From: Lama glama
Lineage: Eukaryota
Assembly (NCBI GenBank): GCA_028534125.1
Contig: CM052816.1
Location: forward strand, 41,480,001-41,544,000
DNA length: 64,000 nt
Reading direction: 5' to 3'
The position numbers and the translations under genes were made by a program. Positions 60,170 through 64,000 of the stretch are shown piece after piece. The notes under the pieces were generated by a model. That model made no database searches and was not told the origin of the DNA. It saw only the letters and a program-made list of their open reading frames with translations. Each line of letters opens with the position of its first letter. Positions within the stretch are counted from its first letter, which is position 1.

Positions 60170-63150
60170 AGTTTGAGTCAACTTTACTGAGGTATAATAT
60201 ACATACAATAAATTGCATGCTCTGTAAGTATACAATTGGGTGAAGTTTGAGAAATGTATAATCATGATACAGAACATTTTTATCACCCCAGAAGTTTTCA
60301 TCATGCCTATTTCCAGTCACTCTCCACACTTAAACTGTGGCCCAGGAAACTACTTACTGATCTGATTTAAATTACTGCATATTGGATTTGTCTAACTTGA
60401 TTATGTAAATTAATAACATACAGTATGCACTCTTATCTGACTTATTTTGCTTAACAGTGTTTTTGAGATTAGTTCATATTGTTGTATCCATAATTCATTC
60501 CTTTTTATTGCTATGTAATATTCCATTCTGTGGATATACTGCTCACCTAATGACTAGGTTTCCAGTGGTTAGCTAATATGAATAAAACTTCTATGAATAT
60601 TCCTTTACAAGTTGTTTTGTGCATATGTTTGCATTTCCTGGGTAAATACCTTGGAAAAGAATTGCTGAATCATATGGTGAGTACTTATTAAAGTGCCAAA
60701 CTGTTACGCAAAGTAGCTGTGCAATTTGCAACATATGAATGTTCCAGTTGTTTTGCTTCCTTGCCAGAGATAGCTATTGTCAATTTTTTTAAGTTATTGT
60801 AAGTATTACAATAATTGCAGTAATATTATACTTACAATAGCTTAAAAAATTGACATTAGCTAGCACTGGCAAGTCATACTACATGTAACGCAGTCGTATT
60901 ATGGTTTTAATTTGCATTTTATTGACGATCAATGACACTGATCTCTTTTCATGTGTTTTGGCCATTTGTATGTCTTATGTGAAGTACATGCTAACTTTTT
61001 TTGCCCATTTTATAATTTGGCTTCTTGTTGAGTTGTAAGCATCTTTTTTCTGTTGTATTTTAAAATACACTTTATTTTTTAGAGCAGTTTTAGATTCACA
61101 ACAAAATGGAGCAGAAGCCAGAGAGATTTCCCACATACCCCCTGCTCACACACATACATAGAGTCTCCCATTAGCAACATACTCCATAAGCATTTTTAAT
61201 GTATTATGAATACCAGTTCTTTATCAGATGTGTATATCCTAAGTATTTCCTCCAAATCTCTGGTCTGCTTTTTTTTTTAAACAGTAATTTTCAAAGAGTA
61301 GAAGTTTTAAATTTTTATGAAGTCCATTTTCTAATTTTTTCCTTAGTATTTTATACATTTTGTATCCCATCTAAGAAATCTTTGTCAAAGATCACAAAGA
61401 TTTTCTTTTTTTTTCCCTAGAAGAGTTATAGTTTTCACTCTTACATTTAGATTACTGTTCTATTTCATTTTCCTGTGTGATATGAAGGAAAAGTTGGGGT
61501 TCATTTTTTCACCTTCCATGTGGATGTCCAACTTCTCTATTTATTGAAAAGAGTAACCTTTCCTCATCAAATTATTTGATCCTCTTATAAAAAAAATCAA
61601 TTGACCACATGTATGTGTCTATTTCTGGACATCCTTCTCTGTTCCACTGACTATATATCTGATATCCCTGGACCAAAATAAAATGGTCTTGATTACTACA
61701 GCTTTGTAAGTAATTCTTGAAGTCAGGTATTAAGAGTACTGCAACTTTGTACATTTTCCAAATTGTTTTTCCTACTCTAGGTCCTTTGTATTCCTTTGTA
61801 CATTTAGAGTCAGCTTGTAAATTTCTACCAAAAAAACCTTCGGATTTTATTGAAATTTTGTTGAATCCATAGATAAGTTTGGAGAGACTTACTAATATTG
61901 AATTTTCTCATTTATGAACATGGTTTCTCTCTCCAATTATGTATTTAATTTCTCTGAGCAGTATTTTTCAGTTGTCAGTGAACTGGATTTACATTGATTT
62001 TGTTAAAGTCATCTCTACAACATAAACATTTTTGGGTGCCATTGTAAGTAGTTTATTTCAATCACCAACTTTTTAATCCTAGTATATATAGTTACACTAT
62101 TGATTTTTGTGTGTTGACCTTGCATTCATTCTGTCAATGTGCTAAACTAAATTATCAATTCCAATAGATTGGGGTGGGGGGTAATTTCCTTAGGTTTTTC
62201 TATGTACATGATACTGTTTGCAAATAAAAACAGTTAATTCCTTCATTTCTAACTGTTCATCTATTTTTTTTCTTACCACAGTACAGTGTTGATGTGGGGG
62301 AGGCTTAAGTGTGGATGTCCTTGGCTTATCACTTATCTTGGGGTAAAAGCATTTGTCTTTCTCTGTTAAGTATGATCTTAGCTGTAAGGTTTTTTTATAG
62401 GTATCTTTTATCAGGCTTAGTTGATCACTTTCTATTCTTGGTTTGTGGAGATATTTTATCATAAATGTCTATTAATATATATTCTTGTTTATTAATATGA
62501 ATTACATTGATTTTTAAATGTCAAGACAACATGTCAAACCCTAGTTTGTCAAATGTTAAAATAGGGTTTAAACAAGGTGTATTTCCCCTTTCCATATACT
62601 GTTGGACTCAATTTGCTAATATTGTATTTATAATTTTGCATCTATATTCAGGGTAACATTGGTCTGTAGTTTTGTTGTCGTATTTTGTAATTTTTTTTTC
62701 TAGTTTGAATATCAGGATAATGCTGACCTTATAAACTCAGGTGAGAACTGTATTCCTTTTCTCTATTTTCTGAAAGTTTGTGTAGGCATATTATTTCTTC
62801 TTTAAATGTTTGACAGAATTTGCCAATGAAGCCATGTGGATTGGTTTTAGTGGATATAAGACTATTTAGATTTTCTATTTCTTCAGCCAGTTTTGATAAT
62901 TTGTGTCTTTTGAGGCATTTGTATATTTCCTCTTAAGTGGTCAGCTTTGGGGGCCTATACTTATTCTTGTTTATCTTTTAAATGTCTGCAGAGTCTATAG
63001 TATTGTTCCCTTTTTCTTTTGTTCGTGATGTTGACCAAGAACACTGTGTTTTCACTTTCTCTTGTTCAGCCTACTAGAGTTTACCATTTTTATTGTTCTT
63101 TTTACAAAATTAGCTTTTGGTTTTATTGATTTTTTTATTGCTTGTCTTTC
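60170..63150 (-). mobile_element. Old L1 (3'UTR into ORF2) with nested insertion
   Basis: aactttactgaggtataat 3' terminus followed by antisense ORF2 motifs; ORF 61572..61754 (LLIPDFKNY) resembles ORF2p. Confidence 0.75.
61047..61186 (-). mobile_element. Short L1 3' terminus nested in older L1
   Basis: tttttagagcagttttagattcacaacaaaat; TSD taagcat(c/t)ttt at 61036-61046 and 61187-61197; related to the element starting ~63165. Confidence 0.65.
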
Positions 63151-63159
63151 TAAAAAGAA

Positions 63160-64000
63160 TAGATTTTACTTTATAGAGCCATTTTAGTTTCACAGCAAAA
63201 ATGAGTGGAGGGTACAGAGATTTTCCATATACTCCTTACCCTGTACTAAGGAACAGCTTCCTCTACTATCAAAATCCCTCAACATAGTGGTAAATTTGTT
63301 ATAATCAATGAACCTATATTGATACATCACTTATCACTAAAGTCCATGGTTTATGTTTGGGTCACTCTTGATGGTATATATTCTGTATACGTACTGTGTC
63401 TGCCAATTTTTCTATGCTCTGCCTATTCATCCCTTCTTCCCCCCAAATCCCTGGCAACAATTGATTCTTTTACTGTCTCCATAGTTTTGCCATTTCATAT
63501 AGATGGAATCTTACAGTATACAGACTTTGCTATTTGGCTTCTTTCACTTTGTAATATACATTTAAGTTTCTGCCATATCTTTTCATGGCTTCATGGCTCA
63601 TTTTTTTCTTTCTTAGTACTGAAGTATAACCCATTCACTAGAGGTAACAGTTTACTTATCCCTTGATATATTGAAGAACATCTTGGTCGCTTTCCAGTTT
63701 GGGCAATTATGAATGAAGCATTCATATAAACATTTGTGGGCAGGTTTTTGTGTGGACATGAGTTTCAACTCATTTGAGTAAATACCAAAGAGATTGTAAG
63801 GTAAGAACATGTTTAGTTTTGTATTAAACTACCAAACTGTCTTCCAAAGTGACTCTACCACTTTGCATTTCCACCAGCAATGAGTGAGAGTCCCTGTTGC
63901 TTTATATCCTCACCAGCATTTACTGGTGTGCTTTGGATTTTGGTCACTCCAACCAGTGTTACTGTTTTTTAATTTGCAATTCCTAATGATATATGATATT
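63160..64000 (-). mobile_element. Old L1 3' end, continues beyond window
   Basis: ttatagagccattttagtttcacagcaaaaatgagt ... ttgcatttccaccagcaatga. Confidence 0.75.

Noticed and set aside
54000..64000. Possible second gene downstream of CHD1
   Set aside because: ORFs here are short, hydrophobic/low-complexity and mostly fall in L1/L2 remnants; no exon chain or CpG island

Overview
AT-rich mammalian genomic DNA, most likely a camelid (alpaca/camel/llama): seven tRNA-Ala-derived SINE copies resemble the Camelidae Vic-1 family as I recall it. The window holds almost all of the CHD1 chromatin-remodeller gene on the + strand. I traced 35 coding exons by hand (6874-52662), all with GT-AG introns and consistent phases. 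They encode the Ser-rich N-terminus, a polyQ tract, tandem chromodomains, the SNF2 ATPase/helicase, the SANT-SLIDE DNA-binding region, the CHCT region and a His/Ser/Arg-rich C-terminus. The ATG-containing exon lies upstream of the window. The 34 core exons total 5089 nt including the stop; adding the ~53-nt first coding exon recalled from human gives ~1713 aa, or ~1801 aa with the in-frame 264-nt Lys/Glu-rich cassette exon. A ~1.2-kb 3'UTR follows, then intergenic DNA rich in old L1/L2 fragments. I see no novel multi-gene system. The most notable observations are retrotransposon-host interactions: (1) an L1 insertion whose target-site duplication copied a CHD1 splice donor, creating a second identical donor 236 nt downstream; (2) a TSD-flanked, sense-oriented ORF1-only (half-L1-like) element ending in poly(A) just after the ORF2 start; (3) a twin-primed inverted L1; (4) a ~46-bp-arm palindrome downstream of the gene; (5) candidate poison/alternative splice sites. 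Repeat subfamily names are from recalled consensus motifs, and the boundaries of old repeats are approximate.
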